Assembly (NCBI GenBank): GCA_965243065.1
Contig: CBDETO010000005.1
Coordinates: 1,470,672-1,534,671 of the forward strand
Origin: Bdellovibrionales bacterium
GTDB taxonomy: Bacteria; Bdellovibrionota; Bdellovibrionia; Bdellovibrionales; UBA1609
DNA: 64,000 bases
Reading direction: 5' to 3'
The stretch's first letter is position 1. The number at the start of each line of letters is the position of its first letter. The notes under the pieces are model-generated. The model was not told the DNA's origin, made no database searches, and saw only the letters and a program-made list of their open reading frames with translations. The position numbers and the translations under genes were made by a program. Shown here piece after piece: positions 8,384-17,440 of the stretch.

Positions 8384-9253
8384 TTATTTTGTTTTTACTT
8401 TCAGCCACTCCAACAGAGTAAGGTTTCCGTATCTATGAGATATGACTTCTTCCAAGTTTGAATAATGAGCAATAGAGATGTATTTCCTACTTTGGAAGGC
8501 TCTTATAAGCCTTTGCATTTTCTTAATATGAGCAGTGACATACAGAACATGAGTAAAACGAGACCTTCTGTATTCAGCCATTTTCAGAAAATAAAGTTTC
8601 CTACTTTTTAAATGCAGCTCCAATTCTATAGCTAGTTTATAATCTTCACCCTGGATATAAAAGTCAGGAAGAGGTTCATACTTTCCATTATGTAAAGTGT
8701 TTTTTAATTCCTTAACTTGATTTTCAAAGATAGCTTTTTTGTTTAAAAGCTTTTCCAGTCTTTCTCTTACAGAAAAAAGTAAGAGCTGATGTGTTCTTTT
8801 CCAGTCACTACTTTTTCTTTTCTTTAAGTAGCATTTATCAGAAAGACTTATTACTTTTAAGTTTCTTCCAATAAGTCCCATAGAAGAATTATCCAATGTT
8901 CTTTTAAGATTATGGAAAGCAACAGGCTCTATGGAAATATAACCTTGATTTTTTAATTTGCTGAGACGATTACAGGCGGAAGCATCAGAAGAAAAAAACT
9001 TTTTCTTTATGTCACTATAAAAACAAAAGTCTTGATTCTGGAGAAGATCAATAATTTGTTTATCTCTTCCAGTTAGTCTTACATTTGCAGGTTGAGCTTT
9101 TTTATTTCTTTTTTCCTGATTTAGTTTTACAGATATGTTTGATAAATTCCTCCTGCCCTCAAGCCCTCCACGAAAGGGTGCGAGGGTATTCGGGCAGGGT
9201 GAATTTATGTTTGTTGAATATTTTTTAAATATCTCTTCTTTTCTCTCAGACAT
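8384..9253 (-). CDS. Replication-relaxation (Replic_Relax)-like protein of mobile elements
   Basis: LTGRDKQIIDLLQNQDFCFYSDIKKKFFSSDASACNRLSKLKNQGYISIEP matches the N-terminal wHTH pattern of the family (LT.RD..IL..L...R.L...Q......S...A.RRL..L...G.). It sits next to a coupling-ATPase fragment. The assignment is from memory only. Confidence 0.5.
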   Translation of the reverse strand: MSERKEEIFKKYSTNINSPCPNTLAPFRGGLEGRRNLSNISVKLNQEKRNKKAQPANVRLTGRDKQIIDLLQNQDFCFYSDIKKKFFSSDASACNRLSKLKNQGYISIEPVAFHNLKRTLDNSSMGLIGRNLKVISLSDKCYLKKRKSSDWKRTHQLLLFSVRERLEKLLNKKAIFENQVKELKNTLHNGKYEPLPDFYIQGEDYKLAIELELHLKSRKLYFLKMAEYRRSRFTHVLYVTAHIKKMQRLIRAFQSRKYISIAHYSNLEEVISHRYGNLTLLEWLKVKTK

Positions 9254-9797
9254 TTACTACCTCCTAACTCAGTTTTGCAGCACTCACTTTATTTGCAAAA
9301 CCCACTAACTTAAAACTTAATGCCTAATTCTCTTTATTTCTGTAATGTCGTCATTCCTTTGAAGCTGTCATTCCGGCCTTGAGCCGGAATCCACATCACA
9401 ATATATATTCCTATCCTTTCTTTATACTCAACTTAGTTTCTCTTTGTCTTTAGCACTCACAATCTTTAATCGCTGATCATATAAAATGATTAAAAATAAA
9501 AAAACAAATAAAAAAAATAATTTTTTCATGTAAGATTTTGATTTTATTACGGGAACGAGAGGTTATAAACATACATAAACAACCACTAACGGTTACTGCC
9601 GGTTACCAGCGGGAACTACAGGGCAATTCAGGGAAGAATTACAGACAGCTTTATTTTATGTTTTTATATACGGAGACCATTGATTTTAACGCACCGCAAC
9701 TATATTAGATGGTTGGTTTTATCTGGAATAAAGAGTTCTTGATTTCAAATTGATTTCCATTTGCGGTGATGCTATAAAAATTTAACAAGGGGATATA

Positions 9798-10043
9798 ATG
9801 CTCAATTTGAAATGGATCAAAATTAAAGGCCATGGGATAGAAGATGTTTTCGCATCTTACAACTTTTCTGGTGACACTTTTGAAGTTGAAGGTTTTACAG
9901 GAAATGCAGGTGTGTATGAAGTTTCTGGTGATTTACCAAAAGACTTTCCTAATCCTGCAACAGTAAACTTTTCTAAGTCTGGAAGGTTCAGTTTGTTGCC
10001 GACAGTTGAAAAATTTCAGGATCAATCTCCTGCTGAAATCTAA
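9798..10043 (+). CDS. Hypothetical protein (81 aa)
   Basis: ORF with the purine-rich AAGGGGA about 6 nt upstream of ATG. No motif recognised. It is tail-to-tail with the PLD gene (1-nt gap). Confidence 0.4.
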   Translation: MLNLKWIKIKGHGIEDVFASYNFSGDTFEVEGFTGNAGVYEVSGDLPKDFPNPATVNFSKSGRFSLLPTVEKFQDQSPAEI

Positions 10044-10044
10044 C

Positions 10045-10590
10045 TTATAATGGATATTCCTTAGTTGCATCCTTGAGGATACTCTCTACAAATAACTTTA
10101 TTCCTTTTTTCTGTTTATCATTCATTTGATTGATACAAGCTCCTAATTCGTTGTTACATTTAGATTTATTCAAGTCATCACCTAAACCATTATAAGTGAG
10201 GTTTTGTGAACCAAATAAAATCGTGTTAAAGTCAGCAATTAAAACTTTTGCATGAAGGTGTTTATCAAAGTACCAAAGAACCTCATTCCCTGAGCCTAGA
10301 CGATATCTAAATTTATTCTGATCTAAACCTTCTTGAATATTTTTAAAATCATTTCTTCTCATCTCGTTATCGGGATTACGACTAATCATAATCAGTTTTC
10401 TACCTCCTGTACCCTCACTAAAAACTGTCTTAAAAATTTTCGAGAATATTTGTGAATCAATAAAAGGAGAAATCACATAAAACTCACTAGCATTAGATTC
10501 CAAAATCCTCCAAAATAAGTTTCTGAAATCATACTGCCCCGTTTTTCTTACTGTTACTAATGGAAAAATAAAATCCAACTCAACCTCCAA
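10045..10590 (-). CDS. Stand-alone single-HKD phospholipase-D-family nuclease (Nuc/BfiI-catalytic-domain-like)
   Basis: Canonical HxK-x4-D-x6-GSxN motif: HAKVLIAD-FNTILF-GSQN. At 181 aa there is room for the catalytic domain only. The start overlaps the upstream gene by 11 nt. Confidence 0.75.
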   Translation of the reverse strand: MEVELDFIFPLVTVRKTGQYDFRNLFWRILESNASEFYVISPFIDSQIFSKIFKTVFSEGTGGRKLIMISRNPDNEMRRNDFKNIQEGLDQNKFRYRLGSGNEVLWYFDKHLHAKVLIADFNTILFGSQNLTYNGLGDDLNKSKCNNELGACINQMNDKQKKGIKLFVESILKDATKEYPL

Positions 10591-11794
10591 ATAATTTTTT
10601 TACTTCATGACCAGTAGTATGCATATCATATACCCAATCAAAATCTACATCCTTGATTTTTATGAATTTACCATCTTCTTTCTTTAAAACACCGTGGTCT
10701 TCTAAGAACCTCAGAGAATGTTCAGGCCATTCTTGGTCTATAGGTTGACCTTTTACTACTTTATTTACAATTTCTAAAGTTTTATTTATCTTCCCTGAAT
10801 CTTTTTCAAATTTGAAGAAAATATCTAGAAACCAAATCGGTGTCTTAGAAATTGTATTTCCTAGGACTTGGATACCTGTTTCAGTTAATTTGATTTGTCT
10901 CGGGGGAACAGTGCCAGTTTTATGATCAGAAAATGTACTCAAAGTCCAATGCCTCACATCTTCTAGTTTTATTGGAATTAATTCAATCAAATTGATATTT
11001 TTGAGTAGCCTAAAGTAATTATTTACTACATCAGCTGTATTTCTGAATTTGCGAGCCTTCTCACTGTCACTTAAAGCTTTGCATGTACTATCTTCCATCG
11101 CACTTCTTAATTCATTCTCAAAAGCTATTTTATAGTCGAAAGAGCCTCTTTCCTTTTCCACAAAGTGACTATCAATTCTATTTATAACCATCCTTTCTGT
11201 TACTAGATTATCTATCTCAGAGAGTGGCCAAAATCTACAGGCTGTTAAAGCTATGTCATCAATTTCGCAACGGACTGAATGTTCCTTTGCCTTCATCGCA
11301 GCATACAATATCATTAGAAAGATACGTAAACGATATGCTCCATAGCTGGCTTGTCTATGTCCCTCCTTAAAGATATTTTTTTTCTTGGATTGTGGTGAAA
11401 CTACTTTAACTCGTACTATATACTTTTGTAAAAATTGTAGTAGGTTCATTCCTTCTACGATTTCCTCACCTCGTCTAGTGACCATATCTTCATCATCTAT
11501 GGCTCCCATTGTTCTAAGAAATGACTGCATGGTTCTTATATCTGCAGGATCAGTCTGCTTGCTTCGATCATAAGCTTTATACTGATTTTCACCTTTCATT
11601 AGATTTAAGTATCGTTCTTCACGCTCAGAACTAGATATTGGGCGACTGTCTCTTTTCCTTCGTTTAAGATAAGTTTTTATCATCTCTTGGTATCTATCCT
11701 CGAAATTATAACCAGCCCCCTTGATTTGAATAATCAAACCTCTACAACCACTTTGCCGACTATCCCTGCCAGTATATTGTTTTTTTGTTGCCAT
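10580..11794 (-). CDS. Hypothetical 404-aa protein, middle gene of the MTase-PLD operon (candidate DNA-recognition/specificity partner)
   Basis: Long clean ORF that starts 3 nt after the MTase stop and overlaps the PLD start. I can name no catalytic motif in it. Confidence 0.5.
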   Translation of the reverse strand: MATKKQYTGRDSRQSGCRGLIIQIKGAGYNFEDRYQEMIKTYLKRRKRDSRPISSSEREERYLNLMKGENQYKAYDRSKQTDPADIRTMQSFLRTMGAIDDEDMVTRRGEEIVEGMNLLQFLQKYIVRVKVVSPQSKKKNIFKEGHRQASYGAYRLRIFLMILYAAMKAKEHSVRCEIDDIALTACRFWPLSEIDNLVTERMVINRIDSHFVEKERGSFDYKIAFENELRSAMEDSTCKALSDSEKARKFRNTADVVNNYFRLLKNINLIELIPIKLEDVRHWTLSTFSDHKTGTVPPRQIKLTETGIQVLGNTISKTPIWFLDIFFKFEKDSGKINKTLEIVNKVVKGQPIDQEWPEHSLRFLEDHGVLKKEDGKFIKIKDVDFDWVYDMHTTGHEVKKLFGG

Positions 11795-11797
11795 AAT

Positions 11798-13039
11798 TTA
11801 TTTCTTGAATATTTGTACTACTTCACAAAGTTTCATTCCCCCTCGTGACCTTCTTTCTCTAAGAAAAACTTCATGTGTAGATGAAAAACCGACTTCCTTA
11901 GCAATACGCTCTAAGTGTTTATGAGTGGGAATATGAACATTATTAAACGCAGAATCGCCCATGACAGAGTAAGCTACTCCGCCTTTACGTAAAACTCTAT
12001 ACATACTTTCAGTCACATGCCACATTTCATGAAAATAGTTTGCAACCATAGGCGTAATTCTCGGATCATATGCCTTTCTTCTAATAGCCTTTATTGTTTT
12101 ATTAATTTCTTTAATAGAGAACATTTCAAATGTACGATTTTGAGCAGTATTAATACTGCATGTAATTGAAGCTTTTCTAAGATTTTTTAAATCTGCATCT
12201 GTCTGTAAGAGACCAGATAACCAAAGTTCTAGCTTCGTATTTCTACAATAATTTGTTCCATTCAAATAAGGAGGTGAAGTAATGATTAAATCCACATCTC
12301 CATCAGCTGTCCATTTTAGACTTTCGGCAGAAGAGCAATATATTTTAGCTCTCCCAATTGCATACACTTCTAAATTACAAATATCTGAAATTATTTGCAT
12401 CAATCTTTTTTCAAATTCAACCTTTGCTTTTTTAGTATTCCACAGTTCTTTTGGTCGATATTTCAAATCAGGAGATCGTTTAAGGTTAGAGATTTCGACT
12501 GAGATAGATAATAAAGACAATAGAAAAATTATTTTTAAATCTTCATCTTCAATAGCCTCAATGTTACTACGAATCTTGAAAATTTGTCTTAAGTTTTCCC
12601 TAGAGTAGTAGTGTTTACCTTTGAAAATATTAGTTAAATAATTTTCTTCAGGTTCTTTATCAATCACTTTTTTCATTAAAAGGTAGATTTCATTCTTAGT
12701 AAGATCACCACGTTTAATTTTTCTAGCCAAGCGAAATGAATGATGTGTTTTTCCTTCCCCAATCAATTTCATAACGGGATTAATATCATATCCTTGGAAG
12801 AACTTATCCGACAATACTGTTTCTACACCAGTTGTTGAACTCCCTGCAAATGGATCGACCACATGATAAGAATGAGGATTTTCTTTTAGAATTTCTTTAA
12901 CAAATTGATGACTATAACCTTCCGTATAGCTAAACCAACTGTGAATAGGTATATACTTATTTTCTTTAAATACTCCAGCATCACGCAGTTTGAACTGCCT
13001 ATTATTCTCCCATAATGGATAACTTCCTAATTCTTCCAT
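11798..13039 (-). CDS. DNA methyltransferase (N4-C or N6-A, amino-MTase; motif order I then IV)
   Basis: AdoMet motif VVDPFAGSSTTGVE near aa 62 and catalytic motif DLIITSPPYLNGTNY near aa 255. Confidence 0.8.
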   Translation of the reverse strand: MEELGSYPLWENNRQFKLRDAGVFKENKYIPIHSWFSYTEGYSHQFVKEILKENPHSYHVVDPFAGSSTTGVETVLSDKFFQGYDINPVMKLIGEGKTHHSFRLARKIKRGDLTKNEIYLLMKKVIDKEPEENYLTNIFKGKHYYSRENLRQIFKIRSNIEAIEDEDLKIIFLLSLLSISVEISNLKRSPDLKYRPKELWNTKKAKVEFEKRLMQIISDICNLEVYAIGRAKIYCSSAESLKWTADGDVDLIITSPPYLNGTNYCRNTKLELWLSGLLQTDADLKNLRKASITCSINTAQNRTFEMFSIKEINKTIKAIRRKAYDPRITPMVANYFHEMWHVTESMYRVLRKGGVAYSVMGDSAFNNVHIPTHKHLERIAKEVGFSSTHEVFLRERRSRGGMKLCEVVQIFKK

Positions 13040-13220
13040 GAATTAGATTCCTTTGTTTATTGCTATGATTTAGTTGTCTGTTCTTATGGAAATATTATGT
13101 CATAGGTCAGTAACCTTTGGTAACATCCATATATGAATAGGACTAAGGTCTTTAAGTTATAGAATAGTTAAACCAATTGAAAATATTAACATATAGTTAC
13201 AATCCATTTCGATTATTTAC

Positions 13221-14345
13221 CTATACTATTATTTCTTTAATATGAGATTGTAATTCCTGTATAAAGTTTTCCATATTATCTTCGCTCCAAAACAGAACTT
13301 TATATTGACGTATATCGAAAGGAAGTTCTCTTACTAATTTCTTATTACAGGTATAAATGACAGGTATATTTTTACCTTTAGCATATCCAGCTTCAAAATA
13401 AACACTACCTCTAGGTTGCTTTTCTTCTGAAGTTAAGTCACATATAACAAACCGAGCCTTCTCTATTTCAGATAAAATTTCGTCATCAATTTTGTTGTTA
13501 TGTTTTTTATCATCAATTCTTAAAGGTTTATACCCTGTTTTTTTGACTGCCACTTCAACATTTTTTTTCAGATTATCCATAGAAGGATCAATCCACATAG
13601 CAATAAAAGCAGTATTTGATTTCTTATTTGGAATTTTATTTTCAATCTCTTCAATTCTTCTCCAACCTTTTGAACTTACTATAATATCAAGATTACCCCC
13701 AACATAACTACCTTCACAATTAATATCTTTTGATTCTTGTAGAGAATTCATTAAAAATCGAAACGCTGTTGAATTAGTACAGTAGGTTAGAGCAGATAAA
13801 AAAGGGACAGGATTCTCTCTTTTATTCGGATGTATGAGCATCCTAAGTGGATTATGATAGTTCCAACTATCTCTTCTATTTGAATCTATATCTTCCAGAG
13901 TTATAACACTCCCTATATCACTTGAGTACCGTTTCACTAAACCTTCTAACAATAAATAAGATCTTTCATGCTGATTAGGGATAGGTAATAACTTCTCTAA
14001 CCAATCATCACTTTTTATTATTTTATCAAGAGAAGGTATATTACCTTTCAAATTCTCTCTTGCAATCAAGCCAGATAAACGAATTTTTTCATCTTCACTT
14101 AATAATCTTGAAATATTTTTATTATCCTGATCAAAGGTTGTGAGTTCTGTACCAAAATATAATAATTCTTCTGAAATATATTTCCCTCCAGCCCAAGGAT
14201 TATATACTTCATATTTATGTGGTGAATCTGAAGGTTTCTTGCGAAAATAAGGAGGGTAATCCATAGCTTTCTCCTCAAAATTAACAGGCCATCTGTCATC
14301 AAAAGGATACAGGTGTGTACCCCATATAATACATTTGCGATTCAT
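13221..14345 (-). CDS. Two-domain protein: unknown N-terminal region plus C-terminal nucleoside 2-deoxyribosyltransferase-like / TIR-like domain
   Basis: The C-terminal 130 aa read TAFIAMWIDPSMD..IDDEILSEIEKARFVICDLTSEEKQPRGSVYFEAGYAKGKNIPVIYT. This fits the F(V/I)AMPF ... IAD.T ... NV.(F/Y)E.G.A..GK.VI pattern of NDT-like Rossmann domains, with the conserved Glu in YFEAG. Confidence 0.55.
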   Translation of the reverse strand: MNRKCIIWGTHLYPFDDRWPVNFEEKAMDYPPYFRKKPSDSPHKYEVYNPWAGGKYISEELLYFGTELTTFDQDNKNISRLLSEDEKIRLSGLIARENLKGNIPSLDKIIKSDDWLEKLLPIPNQHERSYLLLEGLVKRYSSDIGSVITLEDIDSNRRDSWNYHNPLRMLIHPNKRENPVPFLSALTYCTNSTAFRFLMNSLQESKDINCEGSYVGGNLDIIVSSKGWRRIEEIENKIPNKKSNTAFIAMWIDPSMDNLKKNVEVAVKKTGYKPLRIDDKKHNNKIDDEILSEIEKARFVICDLTSEEKQPRGSVYFEAGYAKGKNIPVIYTCNKKLVRELPFDIRQYKVLFWSEDNMENFIQELQSHIKEIIV

Positions 14346-14393
14346 TTATGTTTTTCTCATTAAAAAAAAGGAATACTCCTTGTATAATAATAT

Positions 14394-14957
14394 TTATTTG
14401 ATTTTTTGGTTATTTGCACTTTTTGAACTTTCTTTATTTTTTTCACAATATTTACTTATATCAGTAGCAACTTTAGAATAGTCATCAGCAGCCCTAGATA
14501 AAGCAGCATGAGCTTTAGAATGATCAGCATATACTCTTGAGTAATTAGAAAACCCTTCTTTAATAGCTTTAAATATTTCAAAATAGGATTTAAATGCATC
14601 AGAAAAAGCTTTAGATATATCAGCACTAGCTTTAGAAAAGTCCATATAAGCTTTAGACATATCTTTAAGTACTTCCTTACAAGCTATTGTATTTTTAAAA
14701 CTAAAATATTTAAAACAATTATAAGTTATAATATCAGTATACACTTTAGATAGATCAGAAAAAATTTTGGAATATTCATCTCCGGCTTTGGCTAAGGATA
14801 GTTGAGTAAAAAGCTTTCTTTTTGGAAATTTCACTTTACTTATATTGGAAAGAGCTTTATCCCGATCAGATTTTATTTTTTCACATATCGGATCAACCTC
14901 TTTTCCTTCTGCAAAACCTACAAATAACAAACTAACAATAATTAATAGTCTTTTCAT
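14394..14957 (-). CDS. Secreted repeat protein (SKA/SKV-motif repeats)
   Basis: Signal peptide MKRLLIIVSLLFVGFAEG. Motifs of the form D(I/F/L)SK(A/V) recur more than 8 times (DLSKVYTD, DMSKAYMDFSKASADISKAFSD, DHSKAHAALSRAADDYSKVATDISKY). Confidence 0.5.
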   Translation of the reverse strand: MKRLLIIVSLLFVGFAEGKEVDPICEKIKSDRDKALSNISKVKFPKRKLFTQLSLAKAGDEYSKIFSDLSKVYTDIITYNCFKYFSFKNTIACKEVLKDMSKAYMDFSKASADISKAFSDAFKSYFEIFKAIKEGFSNYSRVYADHSKAHAALSRAADDYSKVATDISKYCEKNKESSKSANNQKIK

Positions 14958-15001
14958 ATTAGATTCTATTTTACTTTTGAAAACTTTAATCCATTTATCC
15001 G

Positions 15002-15235
15002 TTAGCCATTATTTTCTCTCTCATATTTGAGCTTCATTTCAATAATATTTCTCCAATAAGATTCGGCATTTACATACAGACAATGTAAATGATACCACTT
15101 ATCTCTTATTTTTTCCTTGTGGAAAGACCCCTCATTTTCTTGAAAAAAAGAGTTATTATCATCAAAAGCTTTTTTCATATCCTTTTGAGCTGAAATCATT
15201 TGTCTGTCTAAAAAATTTAAATATGTTTGATCCAC
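15002..15235 (-). CDS. Small hypothetical protein (77 aa)
   Basis: ORF only, in the same orientation as the downstream genes. No motif recognised. Confidence 0.3.
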   Translation of the reverse strand: MDQTYLNFLDRQMISAQKDMKKAFDDNNSFFQENEGSFHKEKIRDKWYHLHCLYVNAESYWRNIIEMKLKYERENNG

Positions 15236-15386
15236 TTATCCCCCTTTTTTTATTGTTTATGCTCAGATTATGTATATACCCTTTTAGGCACGCTCCTATA
15301 AATGACAACACTGAGTGCAAAAATAAAAAAGTCAAGATAACCATGTATGATTTCATCAACTGTTTTCACAGAAGCTGAATGAAAAA

Positions 15387-15525
15387 TCTTTACGGGAATT
15401 TTACGGGATGTTCTGGTTAGGAGAGGGAAAAAGCGGTTAGCAACGGGAAGCAAGAGTGGCTTTTTGTTGAACGGTTCAGTTATTTTTGACTTTTGAAACT
15501 CTCCCCCTGCGTCCTGTATCCCCGA
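15387..15525 (+). repeat. Conserved element arm, copy a, ending in a degenerate tRNA-Pro core
   Basis: TCTTTACGGGAATTTTACGGGATGTTCTGGTTAGGAGAGG..GCGGTTAGCAACGGGAAGCAAGAGTGG.TTTTTGTTGAACGGTTCAGTTATTTTTGACTTTTGAAAC aligns with 21527-21650. It ends GCGTCCTGTaTCCCCGA, against GCGTCCTGTCTCCCCGA at 21649-21665. Confidence 0.8.
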
Positions 15526-15612
15526 TATGATTGTAAATAATTGAAATTACAGGAATTTTTATAAAAATATTTTTTAATTAAGCATAATCAGCTAGTATTT
15601 TCTTAGCATCAT

Positions 15613-17256
15613 TCAGCCTTGCAATTTTTTTTCAGTATTTCCTAAAAGAATAGAAAGTTTCTTATCTTGTTGCAGTCCCGTAGCAAGAAGCAGAAGATCA
15701 AGAGGGAGTGCTCCAATTCCAGAAGAACTATCTTTAGCTGAAAGAAACTGCAAGCCCGGAGCAACATAGTAGGCTCCTTCACGAAATTTTGGATTCTCCT
15801 GAAGAAATTTTTTTAAACCAGATCGGGAATGTGTTTTGGAAGTTCCAACTTCAAAAGCTAAGGGCTGAATAGGATCATCATAAATAAAGTCCACTTCATA
15901 GTTTCTCCGTCTCCAATGATAAAGACGAATACTGGATTGTATTCCCAAATGATATAAATGAGATGCAACTAAATTTTCCTGAAGTTTTCCCAATTCTGAT
16001 GGCTCATTAAAAATTTGATCTTTTTCTTTTTGTAAAGCCGCATTCCTTATTGCAACATCAACAAAATAGACCTTCTTTTGTCTTCTCTGTATGCTTCTTT
16101 CATTATTGTCATAATTGGAAAGTGTAAATATGAGATAAGTCTGAATTAGATAGCTCAAATAACGCTCAATTGTTAGAACACCCACTTGAGATATGTCTTT
16201 GCTAATTCCTGTAGGAGATAGCAATCCTGTAATTTGCCCGGCTAAAATATAAAGCAATCTTTCAAGAGCCATAGGATTATCAATCCTGTAAGACTGTGGG
16301 ATATCTTTATAAATAGCTCTTTCGATAGCATCCGATCTTAACATCTGCTGTGCTCTATGGAAGTAGGATTCTTCTACGGCAAGCAGACTATCTATGGTTT
16401 GTGCTACATCTTTTTGGTTTATTTGCGTGGTTCTTTTCTGAGTATTTTTAACTTCATTTTCACTGGCTAAAATCTTAGGTAACTCTGTTTCTAATCCTTT
16501 TTTAATACGCTTTTTAAGGCTTTTCAAAAATTCCTCTTCTTCCTTTTTTCCGGCTAGAAACTCAGGAAAACCACCAAGAGAAATCAAGAGCTTTCGCTCA
16601 TCTTCAAAATTAAGTTGGGTATGAGAAAATGATTGTGCGATAATTTTTATAGTATTGTGTAGGCAGTGTTTCTTTTTACTAATAGGAAATTTAATATGTT
16701 TTCCATAAAGCTGAAGCAACTCTGTTAGCAGATAAGGCGTTAAGTGAAATTCTTTCCACCGGCCAACACCACTTTCTTTTCCTTTTTGCAAAGCTACAGT
16801 GGCACTGGAGCTTGCAATAATACATACGGGCCAATGTTCATCATAAAAAGTTTTTAACCATAAATCCCACTTTTCAACATAAACCAGTTCATCTAAAAAC
16901 AGATAGAGAGGTTTTTCTCTTGTAGCTTTAGCCAACTTCATTGCCTCTTTTACAATAGAACCTAAATCCAAGGGCATGAGCATGGGATGATCCAGGCGAA
17001 CCCATTGAATTTTGCCCGAGGGTATTTGATTGTTCAGCAAATGCCGAACAGTTTGATACATAACAGTTGTTTTTCCGACACGTCTCGGCCCTAATATAAT
17101 AAAATGCCGTTTCAAACTAGAAGGTAAAATATATTTCCAGAGATATTTGGCTAAAGGCCGTTCTGTTGAAGGAGCAAGAGAATCAGGTACAGAGTTACTT
17201 TTCCACCAAGGGTTTTGCTCTGCTACAATAGATTGAATTAGTTTAAGGTCTTTCAT
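15613..17256 (-). CDS. AAA-family ATPase with DUF4143-type C-terminal domain
   Basis: Walker A ILGPRRVGKTT and Walker B LYLFLDELVY. The C-terminal ..LYHWRRRNYEVDFIYD.. matches the AAA_14/DUF4143 architecture. Confidence 0.7.
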   Translation of the reverse strand: MKDLKLIQSIVAEQNPWWKSNSVPDSLAPSTERPLAKYLWKYILPSSLKRHFIILGPRRVGKTTVMYQTVRHLLNNQIPSGKIQWVRLDHPMLMPLDLGSIVKEAMKLAKATREKPLYLFLDELVYVEKWDLWLKTFYDEHWPVCIIASSSATVALQKGKESGVGRWKEFHLTPYLLTELLQLYGKHIKFPISKKKHCLHNTIKIIAQSFSHTQLNFEDERKLLISLGGFPEFLAGKKEEEEFLKSLKKRIKKGLETELPKILASENEVKNTQKRTTQINQKDVAQTIDSLLAVEESYFHRAQQMLRSDAIERAIYKDIPQSYRIDNPMALERLLYILAGQITGLLSPTGISKDISQVGVLTIERYLSYLIQTYLIFTLSNYDNNERSIQRRQKKVYFVDVAIRNAALQKEKDQIFNEPSELGKLQENLVASHLYHLGIQSSIRLYHWRRRNYEVDFIYDDPIQPLAFEVGTSKTHSRSGLKKFLQENPKFREGAYYVAPGLQFLSAKDSSSGIGALPLDLLLLATGLQQDKKLSILLGNTEKKLQG

Positions 17257-17440
17257 TACGATCCATTTAATTTGCTTATAATGCTTAATATGTTAAATAA
17301 GCACTACAGTGTGATATTTAATATATCACATAAGACTCATATGTGAAGAAAATAATGCTTAATAAGACTAAACACTGTAATCAATTATTTCAAGGGAACT
17401 CATCAGCCATTTGCGGTTAGTTTTAAGCCTTTTTTATGCA

